DNA from: an uncultured Candidatus Saccharibacteria bacterium
Lineage (GTDB): Bacteria > Patescibacteriota > Doudnabacteria > UBA920
Direction: 5' to 3'
DNA length: 64,000 nt
NCBI GenBank assembly: GCA_964490395.1
Contig: CAZBAS010000003.1
Location: forward strand, 120,293 to 184,292
In this document: positions 1 to 9,055 of the stretch, piece by piece
Position numbering within the stretch: position 1 is the first letter of the stretch
How the letters are laid out: every line of letters begins with the position of its first letter
The notes under the pieces: model-generated
The model's input: only the letters and a program-made list of their open reading frames with translations
Databases searched by the model: none
What the model was told of the DNA's origin: nothing
Program-made: the position numbers and the translations under genes

Positions 1-216
1 GTTTATTTTTTATTATGATTGTTCTATATAATGCAATACACAATATTATTGTGCATTAGTCAATATTGCAAAAAAGCCTTTGTTTCTTTATAATATTTCT
101 ACCAGATTGCAGATTTTTACAGATATACAGAAACTCAAGCATTATTGCTTAATCCCGCGTGTATCTAATGTAATTTTTGTCTGTACATCAAATCTATTCG
201 TAATTCCTAGAATTTT

Positions 217-867
217 ATGGAAAAGTTAGTACTGAAGGCAACTGTACGTGATACAGCAACGCCCGTAAAAGTAATGCGCAAAGGTGGCGTAATTCCGGCA
301 GAATTGTACGGTCACAACGTAGCCAATGTACATCTTTCTATTTCTCAAAACGAATTTGAGAAAGTGTTTCGTAAAGCAGGTGAATCTACCATTGTCACTT
401 TGGATGTAGAAGGTAGTGGACAGCGCAATGTACTTATCCATGACGTACAAAAACACATGGTTAAGTCTCAGCCTATTCATGTAGACTTTTTGGAAGTAAG
501 CATGACTGAAAAACTGGAAACAACAGTTGCTCTGGAATACGAAGGCGAGTCTGTAGCTGTGAAGGCTTTGGGCGGTACTCTTGTGAAAGTATTGAACGAA
601 ATAACTGTTGAGTGTTTGCCTGGAGATTTGCCTCACAACTTGACCGTAGATATTTCTTCCATGGAAACTTTTGAAGATACTATTACTGTAAAAGACATTG
701 TACTTCCAAAAGGTGTAACGCTTGTCACCGATGGTGAAGAAATAGTTGCGAAAGTGCAGCCTCCTCGTGACCTCGAAGCCGAGCTTGCTGCTCCAGTTGA
801 AGAAGACGTAACAAAAGTAGAAGGCGTTGTAAAAGCTGAGGCAGAGACCGAAGAAAAAGCAGAATAA
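217..867 (+). CDS. rplY: 50S ribosomal protein L25 / general stress protein Ctc, with an acidic C-terminal tail
   Basis: The translation starts MEKLVLKATVRD and contains PAELYGHNVANVHLS, both typical of L25/Ctc. The ATG is at 217. Confidence 0.88.
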   Translation: MEKLVLKATVRDTATPVKVMRKGGVIPAELYGHNVANVHLSISQNEFEKVFRKAGESTIVTLDVEGSGQRNVLIHDVQKHMVKSQPIHVDFLEVSMTEKLETTVALEYEGESVAVKALGGTLVKVLNEITVECLPGDLPHNLTVDISSMETFEDTITVKDIVLPKGVTLVTDGEEIVAKVQPPRDLEAELAAPVEEDVTKVEGVVKAEAETEEKAE

Positions 868-876
868 CAATTTTGC

Positions 877-906
877 AAAGGACTGCCTTACGGTAGTCCT
901 TTTTTC
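877..906 (+). terminator. Rho-independent terminator after rplY
   Basis: The hairpin aaaggact...agtccttt is followed by a T-run. Confidence 0.5.
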
Positions 907-966
907 ATGATTACTTTTTGTACGTTGTAACGTACTTCCTTGGTTTAAGACACATACATACAACAC

Positions 967-1950
967 GTGAAGCATATAGTAGAAAAATATAAGAATAAGG
1001 GTACGCGTGCGCAGGTGGCCGTGGGCCTTGTCTGTGCTGTGGTTGTGCTGGCGCTGCTGGCGCATTTCGTATCTCTAGCGCGTGCCACTTTTCACCCGCT
1101 AATGCAGGTAAACGGTACACGTGTGGCGCCGCCAGCTGCTGTTCTTGATGATTCCGGCAAGGCCATGAGTGAGGCAGACCCGGTCGCTCCTCGGGGTGGC
1201 ATACAGAGTGCAGCACAGGCCATTATTCGGGTACCTGTTGCACACGCAGAAACTGGTGTAGGTTTGTTTGTTCCCATACTCATGTATCATCATGTTGGCC
1301 CGCTTCCGCCCGAAAGCGATGGTGTGCGAAAAGATTTAACGGTAAGCCCCCAGGATTTTGCGGCGCAGGTAGCGTGGCTCGCTCGCAATGGCTATACGAG
1401 TGTTAGCTTGCAGGATGTGTATTTGGCTACACAACATACATTTACTCTGCCCCGTAAGCCTATAGTATTTACTTTTGACGATGGGTACGCAGATGTATTT
1501 GCACACGCCGTACCTGTACTGCAGCAGTATGGTATGGTCGGTAGTTTTGCGGTAGTGCCCGGTTTTTTTGGTACACCCGACTATGCAACATGGGCAGATA
1601 TAATTTCCGCAAAAGCTTTGGGTATGGAAATTGTATCTCATACGGAAAATCATTTTGATGGTTCTAGCCCAAAGTTTGATTCCGCATACATTGAGTATAA
1701 TCTTAGAGAATCTTTGACTGACCTGGAAAGCCACATTGGCCCTGTGCCACGCATCCTGGTGTACCCGTATGGACACTTTACTCCCGAATATGTTGCTGTA
1801 GCAGAGCGGGTAGGTTTTACCATGGCGCTCACTACTCACTTTGGTACTCGCGTGAACCCTGCCGATCTCATGCATACGCCCCGCGTTCGGGTGCATGGAT
1901 CAGAGCCGCTGGACAAATTTATAGAAATTTTAATTGGAAAAAAGAAATAG
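967..1950 (+). CDS. polysaccharide deacetylase (NodB-homology domain) with an N-terminal membrane anchor
   Basis: It carries the FTFDDGYADV and VSHTENH motifs of carbohydrate esterase 4. The ORF starts at a GTG and the true start is uncertain. Confidence 0.8.
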   Translation: MKHIVEKYKNKGTRAQVAVGLVCAVVVLALLAHFVSLARATFHPLMQVNGTRVAPPAAVLDDSGKAMSEADPVAPRGGIQSAAQAIIRVPVAHAETGVGLFVPILMYHHVGPLPPESDGVRKDLTVSPQDFAAQVAWLARNGYTSVSLQDVYLATQHTFTLPRKPIVFTFDDGYADVFAHAVPVLQQYGMVGSFAVVPGFFGTPDYATWADIISAKALGMEIVSHTENHFDGSSPKFDSAYIEYNLRESLTDLESHIGPVPRILVYPYGHFTPEYVAVAERVGFTMALTTHFGTRVNPADLMHTPRVRVHGSEPLDKFIEILIGKKK

Positions 1951-1963
1951 CTACCTATGGTAG

Positions 1964-2806
1964 CTATTTTTTCTTGTGGCGTTTGAGCTCAAGATGTCGC
2001 CAGAGGCCCCCCAGGTCCTTAGTAAATGTTGCCTGCCAGCCTGGTAGGAGTTTTCTAATCATTTTCTGTAAGTCTGGTTTTGAACCGTCGTCTATCTCCA
2101 GTAATGCAATACCGCCAGTTTTAAGGTGTTTCGGCAGATCTGCAAAGAAGCGTTGGTATATATCCCATACCTCGCCGCCATCGGTTATGGCGACTTTTGG
2201 CTCGTATTTTAGGTTGTGAAAAAGCAGTTCGTACATGCCTTGCGGTACGTAGGGTAAATTGGCAACGATTATGTCGAACGCGCCGCGAGTATTTGTAAAT
2301 AAATCGCTTTGCACAAAGTTCACGTTCACTTTGTGAGTTTTTGCATTTTGCGCTGCTACTGTAAGGGCAGCAGGAGAAATATCGGAAGCCGTTATTTCAC
2401 TGGGAAGTGGAAAGTGGGAAGTGGAAAGTGAATGCGCAAGACTTATCGAGATGCAGCCCGACCCAGTACCTACATCCAATATTGAGACTTTCGACTTTAT
2501 AGACTTTCGACTTTTGACGATCGCTAACGCGCGTTCGACCAGCCATTCAGTCTCCGGGCGGGGGACTAAGACGAGTTTGTTCACTTTGAATTTAAGACCG
2601 TAAAAATATTTATAGCCCAGTATGTAGGCGACGGGTTCACCAGCGCGCCTGCGCTCTATGAGTTTTGTAAGTTTTTTTTGCTGCTCAGTAGTTAGTTTTG
2701 TTCCCGGGTGCATATATAAAAACTCCTTAGGTTGCTTCAGCACATGCGCAAGGAGTAACTCTATTTCAATGTCTTTGTACTTTTGCAGTGTTTGTTGAAT
2801 AGTCAT
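1964..2806 (-). CDS. prmC: release-factor glutamine N5-methyltransferase PrmC/HemK
   Basis: It has DVGTGSGCISI (SAM binding) and NLPYV (the NPPY-like motif). It contains an in-frame 13-mer tandem repeat gggaagtggaaagt at 2401-2433. Confidence 0.85.
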   Translation of the reverse strand: MTIQQTLQKYKDIEIELLLAHVLKQPKEFLYMHPGTKLTTEQQKKLTKLIERRRAGEPVAYILGYKYFYGLKFKVNKLVLVPRPETEWLVERALAIVKSRKSIKSKVSILDVGTGSGCISISLAHSLSTSHFPLPSEITASDISPAALTVAAQNAKTHKVNVNFVQSDLFTNTRGAFDIIVANLPYVPQGMYELLFHNLKYEPKVAITDGGEVWDIYQRFFADLPKHLKTGGIALLEIDDGSKPDLQKMIRKLLPGWQATFTKDLGGLWRHLELKRHKKK

Positions 2807-2811
2807 AAATA

Positions 2812-2906
2812 GAAATGTCTAATACCTAATTCCTAATTTCTAATAACAGACGAAATCTAGACCCGCATTTCCATTAGAAATTAGATATTAGGAATTAGGT
2901 ATTTCT
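2812..2906. repeat. AT-rich inverted-repeat element of the TAATTCCTAATTTCTAAT family
   Basis: gaaatgtctaatacctaattcctaatttctaat is paired with attagaaattagatattaggaattaggtatttc. Related copies lie at 7237-7268, 49640-49737 and 51465-51556. Confidence 0.5.
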
Positions 2907-2912
2907 GCAATC

Positions 2913-3983
2913 CTATTTCTGTAGCGCTTCTTTTTTCAGTCTCAAATCTGCTTTTTGCAGAGCATCGATAATGCCTTCAAGCTTGCCTTCCATTATGAGC
3001 GCTATTTGGTTGAAGTTTTCGTTTATGCGGTGGTCGGTAACGCGGTCCTGTGGGAAGTTATAGGTGCGGATTTTCTCACTGCGATCCCCAGTACCAATTT
3101 GGCTAAGGCGCGTATCTTTGAGCTTTTTATCTTCTATTTCTTTAAAATGCGCAGCAACACGAGAGCGAATAACGGCCAAGGCTTTTTCTTTGTTCTGAGC
3201 CTGACTGCGTTCGTCTTGGCATTGAGCAGTTATGCCAGTGGGGATGTGCACTATGCGGATAGCAGAGTAGGTTGTGTTAACACTTTGCCCACCATGACCG
3301 GAAGAAGTGGTTGCTTCTATTTTCAAGTCTTTCGGGTCTATGGCAAAATCTTTCTCTTCAACTTCAGGAAGTACCACTATGGTAATGGTTGAGGTGTGTA
3401 CGCGACCAGACTTTTCCGTCTCAGGAACGCGTTGTACTCGGTGTACGCCGGACTCGTATTTGAATGCACTGTAGGGTCCAACTTGCTGAGACTGCCTACC
3501 AGTAATTTCAAATATAACTTCTTTAAACCCGCCCACGTCACTTTTTGACGAAGATACTATGTGAATTTTCCAGCCACGGCTTTCGGCATATTTACCATAG
3601 GCGCGAAACAGCTCTGCGGCAAACAAGGTGGATTCATCACCACCAGCACCAGCGCGCATTTCCACCATGATATCTTTGCTGTCGTTCTCGTCTTTTGGTA
3701 GTAAATCGTTTTCTATTTCTTCAAGTAGGGCGGCCCCTTGCACTTGCAAGAGTTTTATTTCTTCCAGTGCCATGTTCTGCATCTCTGCGTCATCGACTTT
3801 GGTGAGTTCAGTGTTGTCTGCTATGTCTGCTTCTATTTTTTGCAGGCGCTCTATTTTTTCAACTACAGGAACCAGTTCCGTTTGCCGTTTACCCAGGCGC
3901 GCTAAATCTCCCGGGCTGCTCTGTCCTAGTTGCTCGGTGAGGTTCTTGTACTCGTCTATAATTTTTTGAAATGCTTGATTCAT
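2913..3983 (-). CDS. prfA: peptide chain release factor 1
   Basis: It has the GGQ motif (SSGHGGQSVNTT) and RVQRVPETEKSGRVHTS. The likely start is the internal MNQAFQK. Confidence 0.9.
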   Translation of the reverse strand: MNQAFQKIIDEYKNLTEQLGQSSPGDLARLGKRQTELVPVVEKIERLQKIEADIADNTELTKVDDAEMQNMALEEIKLLQVQGAALLEEIENDLLPKDENDSKDIMVEMRAGAGGDESTLFAAELFRAYGKYAESRGWKIHIVSSSKSDVGGFKEVIFEITGRQSQQVGPYSAFKYESGVHRVQRVPETEKSGRVHTSTITIVVLPEVEEKDFAIDPKDLKIEATTSSGHGGQSVNTTYSAIRIVHIPTGITAQCQDERSQAQNKEKALAVIRSRVAAHFKEIEDKKLKDTRLSQIGTGDRSEKIRTYNFPQDRVTDHRINENFNQIALIMEGKLEGIIDALQKADLRLKKEALQK

Positions 3984-4016
3984 AATGTGGGCGACACGAA
4001 TATATAAATACCCCAC

Positions 4017-4042
4017 ACGAATGTCACGAATAATCAAGACTA
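4017..4042 (-). promoter_or_regulatory. conserved upstream motif CACGAATGNCACGAATAATCAAGA, copy 1, upstream of prfA
   Basis: A near-identical 25-nt block also lies upstream of rpmE at 4544-4568. Confidence 0.3.
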
Positions 4043-4183
4043 TCTTGATGGCAATGTATTATTCCGAACCATTCGTGGTATTCGGGTGGTATTTGTAGAT
4101 TTGGGTCGCTATTATTCTAACACAAAACCACCTGTCTACCGGGTAAGTGGTAGAATGCAAGGTGGTTTGTGAGTGTAGAATAG

Positions 4184-4450
4184 CTAGGCTTTTGGAGTAC
4201 GAGCTTTTCTTGGCTTCTTTACCGTAATGGTGGCCTTTACTGTAGCGGCTTTGGCCTGCTTCTGTTTGAAGCGTTCAACAGTACCAGCAGTGTCTACGAG
4301 GTTCTGTTTACCAGTGTAGAATGGGTGGCAGTTGCTGCAGATTTCAGTGTCCAGCTTGGCTTTGGTTGAGCCGGTATGCCAGGTGGTGTTGCAGGAAGCG
4401 CAGGTGACCACAGCGGCTGTGTTGTAAGTAGGGTGTATAGAGGGTTTCAT
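4184..4450 (-). CDS. rpmE: 50S ribosomal protein L31 with a lysine-rich C-terminal extension
   Basis: It starts MKPSIHPTY and has the Cys pairs CASCNTTWH and [10 protein letters not shown]. Confidence 0.85.
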   Translation of the reverse strand: MKPSIHPTYNTAAVVTCASCNTTWHTGSTKAKLDTEICSNCHPFYTGKQNLVDTAGTVERFKQKQAKAATVKATITVKKPRKARTPKA

Positions 4451-4543
4451 ATATGTGTAAATGAGTCTTGTATAGTATATAATCACTTGCCTTTTTGGTC
4501 AAGCAATGGTAGAATTATCGCGACACTAATCTACAAATAGGCA

Positions 4544-4568
4544 CCCGAATGCCACGAATAATCAAGAT
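4544..4568 (-). promoter_or_regulatory. conserved upstream motif, copy 2, upstream of rpmE
   Basis: cccgaatgccacgaataatcaaga matches the prfA-upstream block. Confidence 0.3.
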
Positions 4569-4722
4569 AAATTTCTACTTGTTGTAGCAGTTCTTGCCTA
4601 CTAATTATTCGCATCATTCGTGTGAAATTCGTATATTGGGGTCGCCAATTAATCACGCACACCTCCATGTATTCCTCTCTGGTATATAGCCAGAGCTGAG
4701 AGGTGGACGTATAAGGATATAC

Positions 4723-5472
4723 ATGAAAGACGTAACACTCCTTGAGCTCCTCAAGAGCGGAGCTCATTTTGGGCACACCACCAGCCGGTGGAACCCTCGC
4801 ATGAAGTCGTACATTTATACGGTACGCAACAACATTCATATTTTAGACTTGGCCAAGACACGCCAGGCACTGCTTAAGGCAGCAAGCTTTGTTTCTGACA
4901 GAGCAGCCATGGGCGGCACCGTTTTGTTTGTTGGCACTAAGCGCCAGTCCAGAGAAAGCATTAAGCAAGCTGCAGAAGCCTGCGATATGCCATACGTAAC
5001 CGCACGCTGGCTTGGTGGTACCTTTACCAATTTTCGAACTATTCAAAAAACTATTCGCAAACTCGAGAAGCTCCAGGAGCTTAAAGCAACTGGTCAGCTC
5101 GAAGCGCAATATACCAAGAAAGAACGCTTACTCATTGAGCGTGAGATGATAAAACTGGAAAAGCTGTTCGAAGGTATAAAGAATATGCGCAAGCTCCCAG
5201 ATGCTATATTCGTATCTGCAGTTGAGCACGATAGCACTGCAGTGCTTGAAGCTCGCAAAATGCATGTTCCTGTTATTGGTCTCGTAGACAGCAACAGCGA
5301 TCCACGGTACATAGATTTTCCAATTCCTTGCAACGACGATGCAACTAAGGCAGTAGCGCTTGTAGCTGGTGCCATTAGCGAAGCTATAGCAGAAGGAAGA
5401 CACCGCTTTAGCGCTGGCGCAGCAGTTGCCGCAGCTAAAGTAGAAAAAGAAGAAGCAGAACAGAAGAATTAA
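4723..5472 (+). CDS. rpsB: 30S ribosomal protein S2
   Basis: It starts LLKSGAHFGHTTSRWNPRM, the classic S2 N-terminus. Confidence 0.95.
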   Translation: MKDVTLLELLKSGAHFGHTTSRWNPRMKSYIYTVRNNIHILDLAKTRQALLKAASFVSDRAAMGGTVLFVGTKRQSRESIKQAAEACDMPYVTARWLGGTFTNFRTIQKTIRKLEKLQELKATGQLEAQYTKKERLLIEREMIKLEKLFEGIKNMRKLPDAIFVSAVEHDSTAVLEARKMHVPVIGLVDSNSDPRYIDFPIPCNDDATKAVALVAGAISEAIAEGRHRFSAGAAVAAAKVEKEEAEQKN

Positions 5473-5555
5473 GAGATAAGAATTATGAATTATGACTTCG
5501 GACACAGTACGTCCAAAGTTGTATCGTAATTCGTTATTCATAATTCATTATTCAA
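5472..5555. repeat. AT-rich inverted repeat between rpsB and tsf
   Basis: agaattatgaattatgac pairs with gttattcataattcattattc. Confidence 0.4.
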
Positions 5556-5565
5556 TCAAAAATAT

Positions 5566-6144
5566 ATGTCTAACGATTTAATAAAAGAAGTTCGTGAACT
5601 GACCGGTGCTGGCATGATGGATGTAAAAGAAGCACTGGATGCATCGAACGGTGACAAAGAAGCAGCCATAGAGTACCTTCGCAAGAAAGGCGCTGTAAAA
5701 CTTACAAAGAAAGCTGACCGCGTGGCAAACGAAGGCGTAGTAGAGAGCTATATTCACGGCGGCCGCATTGGTGTGCTGGTAGAACTTAACTGCGAGACCG
5801 ATTTCGTTGCTCGTACCGATGACTTTAAAAACTTAGCCAAAGATATTGCGCTGCACATAGCCGCAGCTGGTCCAATCTTTGTTTCTTCTGCAGAAATTCC
5901 TCTTGAAACCATTGAGAAGGAAAAAGAAATTTACAAAGAACAGACTACTGGAAAACCAGATGATATAGTTGAAAAGATGATTTCTGGTCGTCTTCAAAAG
6001 TACTTTGAAGAGGTATGTTTAATGGATCAGACATTTGTTAAGGATCCGAATCTTAAAATTCAGGACCTCATTTCTACCGCAGTTTCAAAAATGGGCGAGA
6101 ATATTCAGGTTCGTCGCTTCACCCGCTTTGTACTTGGAAACTAA
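5566..6144 (+). CDS. tsf: elongation factor Ts, short form
   Basis: The N-terminal UBA-like segment reads LTGAGMMDVKEALDASNGDKEAAIEYLRKKG. Confidence 0.9.
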   Translation: MSNDLIKEVRELTGAGMMDVKEALDASNGDKEAAIEYLRKKGAVKLTKKADRVANEGVVESYIHGGRIGVLVELNCETDFVARTDDFKNLAKDIALHIAAAGPIFVSSAEIPLETIEKEKEIYKEQTTGKPDDIVEKMISGRLQKYFEEVCLMDQTFVKDPNLKIQDLISTAVSKMGENIQVRRFTRFVLGN

Positions 6145-6149
6145 CATTA

Positions 6150-6250
6150 ACTGACAAAAATTAAAAAAATGACAAGAGTGACAAAAATATAGCTGCTGAA
6201 TCCAGAATATTTTTGTCATTTTTATTTATCCTTGCTCATTTTTGTCATTT
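6150..6250. promoter_or_regulatory. array of five TGACAAAAAT / ATTTTTGTCA sites including a perfect 12-bp inverted pair
   Basis: gtgacaaaaatat is separated by 17 nt from atatttttgtcat. There are three forward and two reverse copies and the array overlaps the start of the next gene. Confidence 0.35.
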
Positions 6251-6255
6251 CAAAT

Positions 6256-7125
6256 ATGTCTGCCTACGTCTTGCCCAACATTATTTTATTCATAGCAATT
6301 GTCGGGCTTTTGGCAGTTCTGGGACGTCACATCCCAGAGGCGCAAAGGCGTGCCCTGCATGCGCGCGACGGCAAGGAAGACACGAGTGGCTCCGCAGACA
6401 GGTATTGGCTTTTGCTTCAGGGCAAGCTCCGAGGCTTCTGGCGTTTTGTACTTGAGGCAAAAGGACTGCGGGATCCTATTGGCTCTAAGTTCCGCATGCG
6501 CCAGTTGCTTGCTGCAAACCAGCGTAAAACGAGAGCTAAGCAGCCAGCGGCTAAGATATCTGCAGCATACAAAGTAGAAGCAGCAGAAGTTGAGTCTGTG
6601 CCACACGTAGTACAACGCACCGAGAGTGCCCATGTAAAGCGTGTAGAGGCCCCTGTGCGAAGCGCCGCGGCCATACCAGCTATGCCTTCGCAGCACGTGC
6701 CGCACGCCCCAAAAATACACTCAGAAGTGGCCAATCCTGCTGAGCAGCGACAAGCAGCCGCAGAGCAACAAGCTGTGGGTGTAGAGCAGGCTATGACTGT
6801 GGCAAAGCAGTACCTGGACAATAAGCAGTATTTTGAAGCACGAAAGCTTTTAGATAGCCTCGGACAAGATGCCCACGCGAGTCCTGTGTTTTGGGCGCGT
6901 CTTGGCTTTAGCCAGTATCACTTAGGTGCATATGGCGAGGCTATACGCTGCTACGAAAAATCTCTGGGTTTGGACGCAAATCAGCCAAACCGCTATTACA
7001 ACTTAGCCTTAGCCTATGAGGCTGCAGGGAACCGTGTAAAAGCTCTGTCCACGCTCCAGAAAGCAATTCAAATGGATCCTAACAATCCGAAATATACGCA
7101 AACTCGTCAGGCGCTGACTAGTTAG
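6256..7125 (+). CDS. membrane-anchored TPR-repeat protein
   Basis: An N-terminal transmembrane helix is followed by a C-terminal TPR-like stretch (YYNLALAYEAAGNRVKALSTLQKAIQMDPNNP). The start is uncertain (6232 or 6256). Confidence 0.55.
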   Translation: MSAYVLPNIILFIAIVGLLAVLGRHIPEAQRRALHARDGKEDTSGSADRYWLLLQGKLRGFWRFVLEAKGLRDPIGSKFRMRQLLAANQRKTRAKQPAAKISAAYKVEAAEVESVPHVVQRTESAHVKRVEAPVRSAAAIPAMPSQHVPHAPKIHSEVANPAEQRQAAAEQQAVGVEQAMTVAKQYLDNKQYFEARKLLDSLGQDAHASPVFWARLGFSQYHLGAYGEAIRCYEKSLGLDANQPNRYYNLALAYEAAGNRVKALSTLQKAIQMDPNNPKYTQTRQALTS

Positions 7126-7194
7126 CTCAGCTGTTGCGCCACCCGCAACATCTTGCTACAATAAGTCCTGTCTGGTTTTTCTTTTCTTTCTTTT

Positions 7195-7230
7195 TCCTCC
7201 CCTAGAATAGGGGAGGCTAGGTGGGGTATT
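7195..7230. repeat. palindromic repeat of the CCCCTAnnnTAGGGG + TGGGG family (P1)
   Basis: tcctcccctagaataggggaggctaggtggggtat. Confidence 0.5.
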
Positions 7231-7273
7231 CTTACATTAGAAATTAGATAACAAGAATTAGACATTCTTAAGT

Positions 7274-7312
7274 GCCCGTCCCGCTAAGCGGGATGATCGG
7301 CACGCTAAGCGT
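7274..7312. repeat. pair of small GC hairpins of the CCCGCTNAGCGGG / CACGCTNAGCGTG family just upstream of tRNA-Thr
   Basis: tcccgctaagcggga is followed by ggcacgctaagcgtgcc. The same hairpin types occur at 14461-14552 and 29501-29545. Confidence 0.45.
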
Positions 7313-7388
7313 GCCGTTGTAGCTCAGTTGGTAGAGCATCTCCATGGTAAGGAGAAGGTCTGCGGTTCGATCCCGCACAACGGCTCCA
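7313..7388 (+). tRNA. tRNA-Thr (anticodon GGT)
   Basis: A manual cloverleaf gives acceptor GCCGTTG/CAACGGC, D-arm GCTC..GAGC, anticodon stem TCTCC/GGAGA with loop ATGGTAA, T-arm TGCGG TTCGATC CCGCA, discriminator T and an encoded CCA. Confidence 0.88.
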
Positions 7389-7390
7389 GA

Positions 7391-7421
7391 AAAACACTGC
7401 AATAAACTAGCAGTGTTTTTT
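7391..7421 (+). terminator. hairpin terminator after tRNA-Thr
   Basis: aaaacactgcaataaactagcagtgtttttt. Confidence 0.5.
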
Positions 7422-7425
7422 ATAT

Positions 7426-8328
7426 ATGGATATACAAATCTTATCCCGCAAGTTCATTGACTACTTAAAGTGCATTAAGGGTTACTCGGCGGAGACGCTC
7501 CGTCGTTACCGGCAGGTCATAAACTATTTTTGTAGCTATGCGCACATACACAGTATTGAACAGGTGGATCAGGAGAATGCGCGAAACTTATTTTACTACG
7601 GTCGTACAGAACAAAAGTGGACCACCAACACTTTTATCTGCAATCACAAGTCACTCATGGCATTCTTTCGCTGGTGCATGAAAGAAGAGCATATGACCTT
7701 TAACCCTATGGAAGCGATAGAGGTGCCGAAGCTGGAGAAACGGTTGCCACCGAAGCTAAACAAACAAGACGCGCTGCGCATACTTGAAGTTGTAGATAAC
7801 TATCCGTATGACAGCAAGTTCTTGCGCCTAAGGAGTTACGCAATATTCGCAAAGTTCATAATGGCAGGAGTGCGAAAGAAAGAACTATTAAATTTAAAAT
7901 ATACAGACGTTGAAATAGAAAACCTTTCCATATTCATCCGGCAGGGGAAGGGGAGTAAAGACCGGGTTGTACCAATTAACTACCGGCTGGCAGAAGCATT
8001 GCAGCGCTATGCAGAAGAGCGCCGCAGGGCAAACAAAACCTGCCCGGAGTTTTTTACTTCTTCTACGTATGACCAGGGCTTTACACATAGCGGTTTAAAG
8101 CGCGTACTGGAAAGAATAATACAAACTTCCGGCATACAGTTTAACATTCACAAGCTGCGCCACACATTTGCCACGCTAATGCTTGAAGGCGGCTGTGACC
8201 TGTACAGCCTTTCAAAAATGATGGGGCACAACGATATTAAAACCACCACCATATACTTGGCCGCTAACATTGAGCACCTGCGGGCGCAAATTACCAAACA
8301 CCCTTTGGCTCAGTGGTTTATGGGTTGA
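7426..8328 (+). CDS. tyrosine recombinase / phage-type integrase
   Basis: The C-terminal catalytic region reads HKLRHTFATLMLEGGCDLYSLSKMMGHNDIKTTTIYL (R..HxxR..Y). It sits immediately 3' of a tRNA. Confidence 0.85.
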   Translation: MDIQILSRKFIDYLKCIKGYSAETLRRYRQVINYFCSYAHIHSIEQVDQENARNLFYYGRTEQKWTTNTFICNHKSLMAFFRWCMKEEHMTFNPMEAIEVPKLEKRLPPKLNKQDALRILEVVDNYPYDSKFLRLRSYAIFAKFIMAGVRKKELLNLKYTDVEIENLSIFIRQGKGSKDRVVPINYRLAEALQRYAEERRRANKTCPEFFTSSTYDQGFTHSGLKRVLERIIQTSGIQFNIHKLRHTFATLMLEGGCDLYSLSKMMGHNDIKTTTIYLAANIEHLRAQITKHPLAQWFMG

Positions 8329-8416
8329 TTTTTAGGTCCTTTTGCAGTATAGTAGCTTATCTCATGGCCGGGTTTTCCTGCCATGTACATCAACCTGTAG
8401 GAGGAAAAATTAAGCT

Positions 8417-8887
8417 ATGGCAGAAGTTGTGAGTATTTTTACTGCACAAGATAAAGGTCAGCCTATGGTCTCCCATCAGCTCATTCAAGCTTTGGCTGGT
8501 GTGGGCTTGGCGGGTGATCGTTACGCTAATAGAAGAGGGGCATTCTCGGGTGCGAAAGCGCGGCAAACAGTCCGGCACGTCTCGCTTATTGCTGAAGAAG
8601 CAATTGCAGCGGCAAACGCCGAGCTGGACAATCCATTTGCACCAGAAGAAACACGCCGCAACATTCTTACTCGCGGCATTAACCTAAACGAACTTGTCGG
8701 GGTTGAGTTTTCTGTCGGCGTAGTGCGCATGCGTGGGGTCGAACTTTGTGATCCGTGCGGACGTCCTGCAAACCTGGCGGGGAAGGCATACTTTGACGTT
8801 GCGTTCGCTGACCGCGGTGGCCTCCGCGCTGAAGTTTTATCAGGCGGAACCATTAATGTTGGCGACGCAATAACCATCAATGCTTAG
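8417..8887 (+). CDS. MOSC-domain protein (YiiM-like)
   Basis: It contains GDRYANRRGAFSG and VELCDPCGRP, the typical MOSC Cys region. The gene is GC-rich compared with its neighbours. Confidence 0.65.
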   Translation: MAEVVSIFTAQDKGQPMVSHQLIQALAGVGLAGDRYANRRGAFSGAKARQTVRHVSLIAEEAIAAANAELDNPFAPEETRRNILTRGINLNELVGVEFSVGVVRMRGVELCDPCGRPANLAGKAYFDVAFADRGGLRAEVLSGGTINVGDAITINA

Positions 8888-9055
8888 GCTAACCACCTAA
8901 GCCAACCGAACGGAGGTCGGTGTATGCGTTTTGCGGAATGGTTGTTTATCATTGCTCTAATGCTTTATACCACAGCTATTGTGTGGCATAAGGTCGTAAA
9001 CGAACTTCGCATACCTATTGCGGTAGTTTTTTGAGCCGGCCTCCTAAACGACGTA

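Noticed and set aside
226-1065. A 279-aa ORF on the minus strand antisense to rplY. There are many similar long antisense ORFs, for example 1336-1896, 4843-5109, 6286-6821, 19023-19415, 24028-25638, 35623-36379 and 49803-50376.
   Set aside because: They overlap well-supported genes on the other strand, have low-complexity or odd composition and have no recognisable motifs. They are shadow ORFs.
8390-8880. Overlapping ORFs 8390-8578, 8499-8687 and 8521-8880 around the MOSC gene.
   Set aside because: They are alternative-frame and antisense artefacts of a GC-rich gene. Only the MOSC frame has domain signatures.
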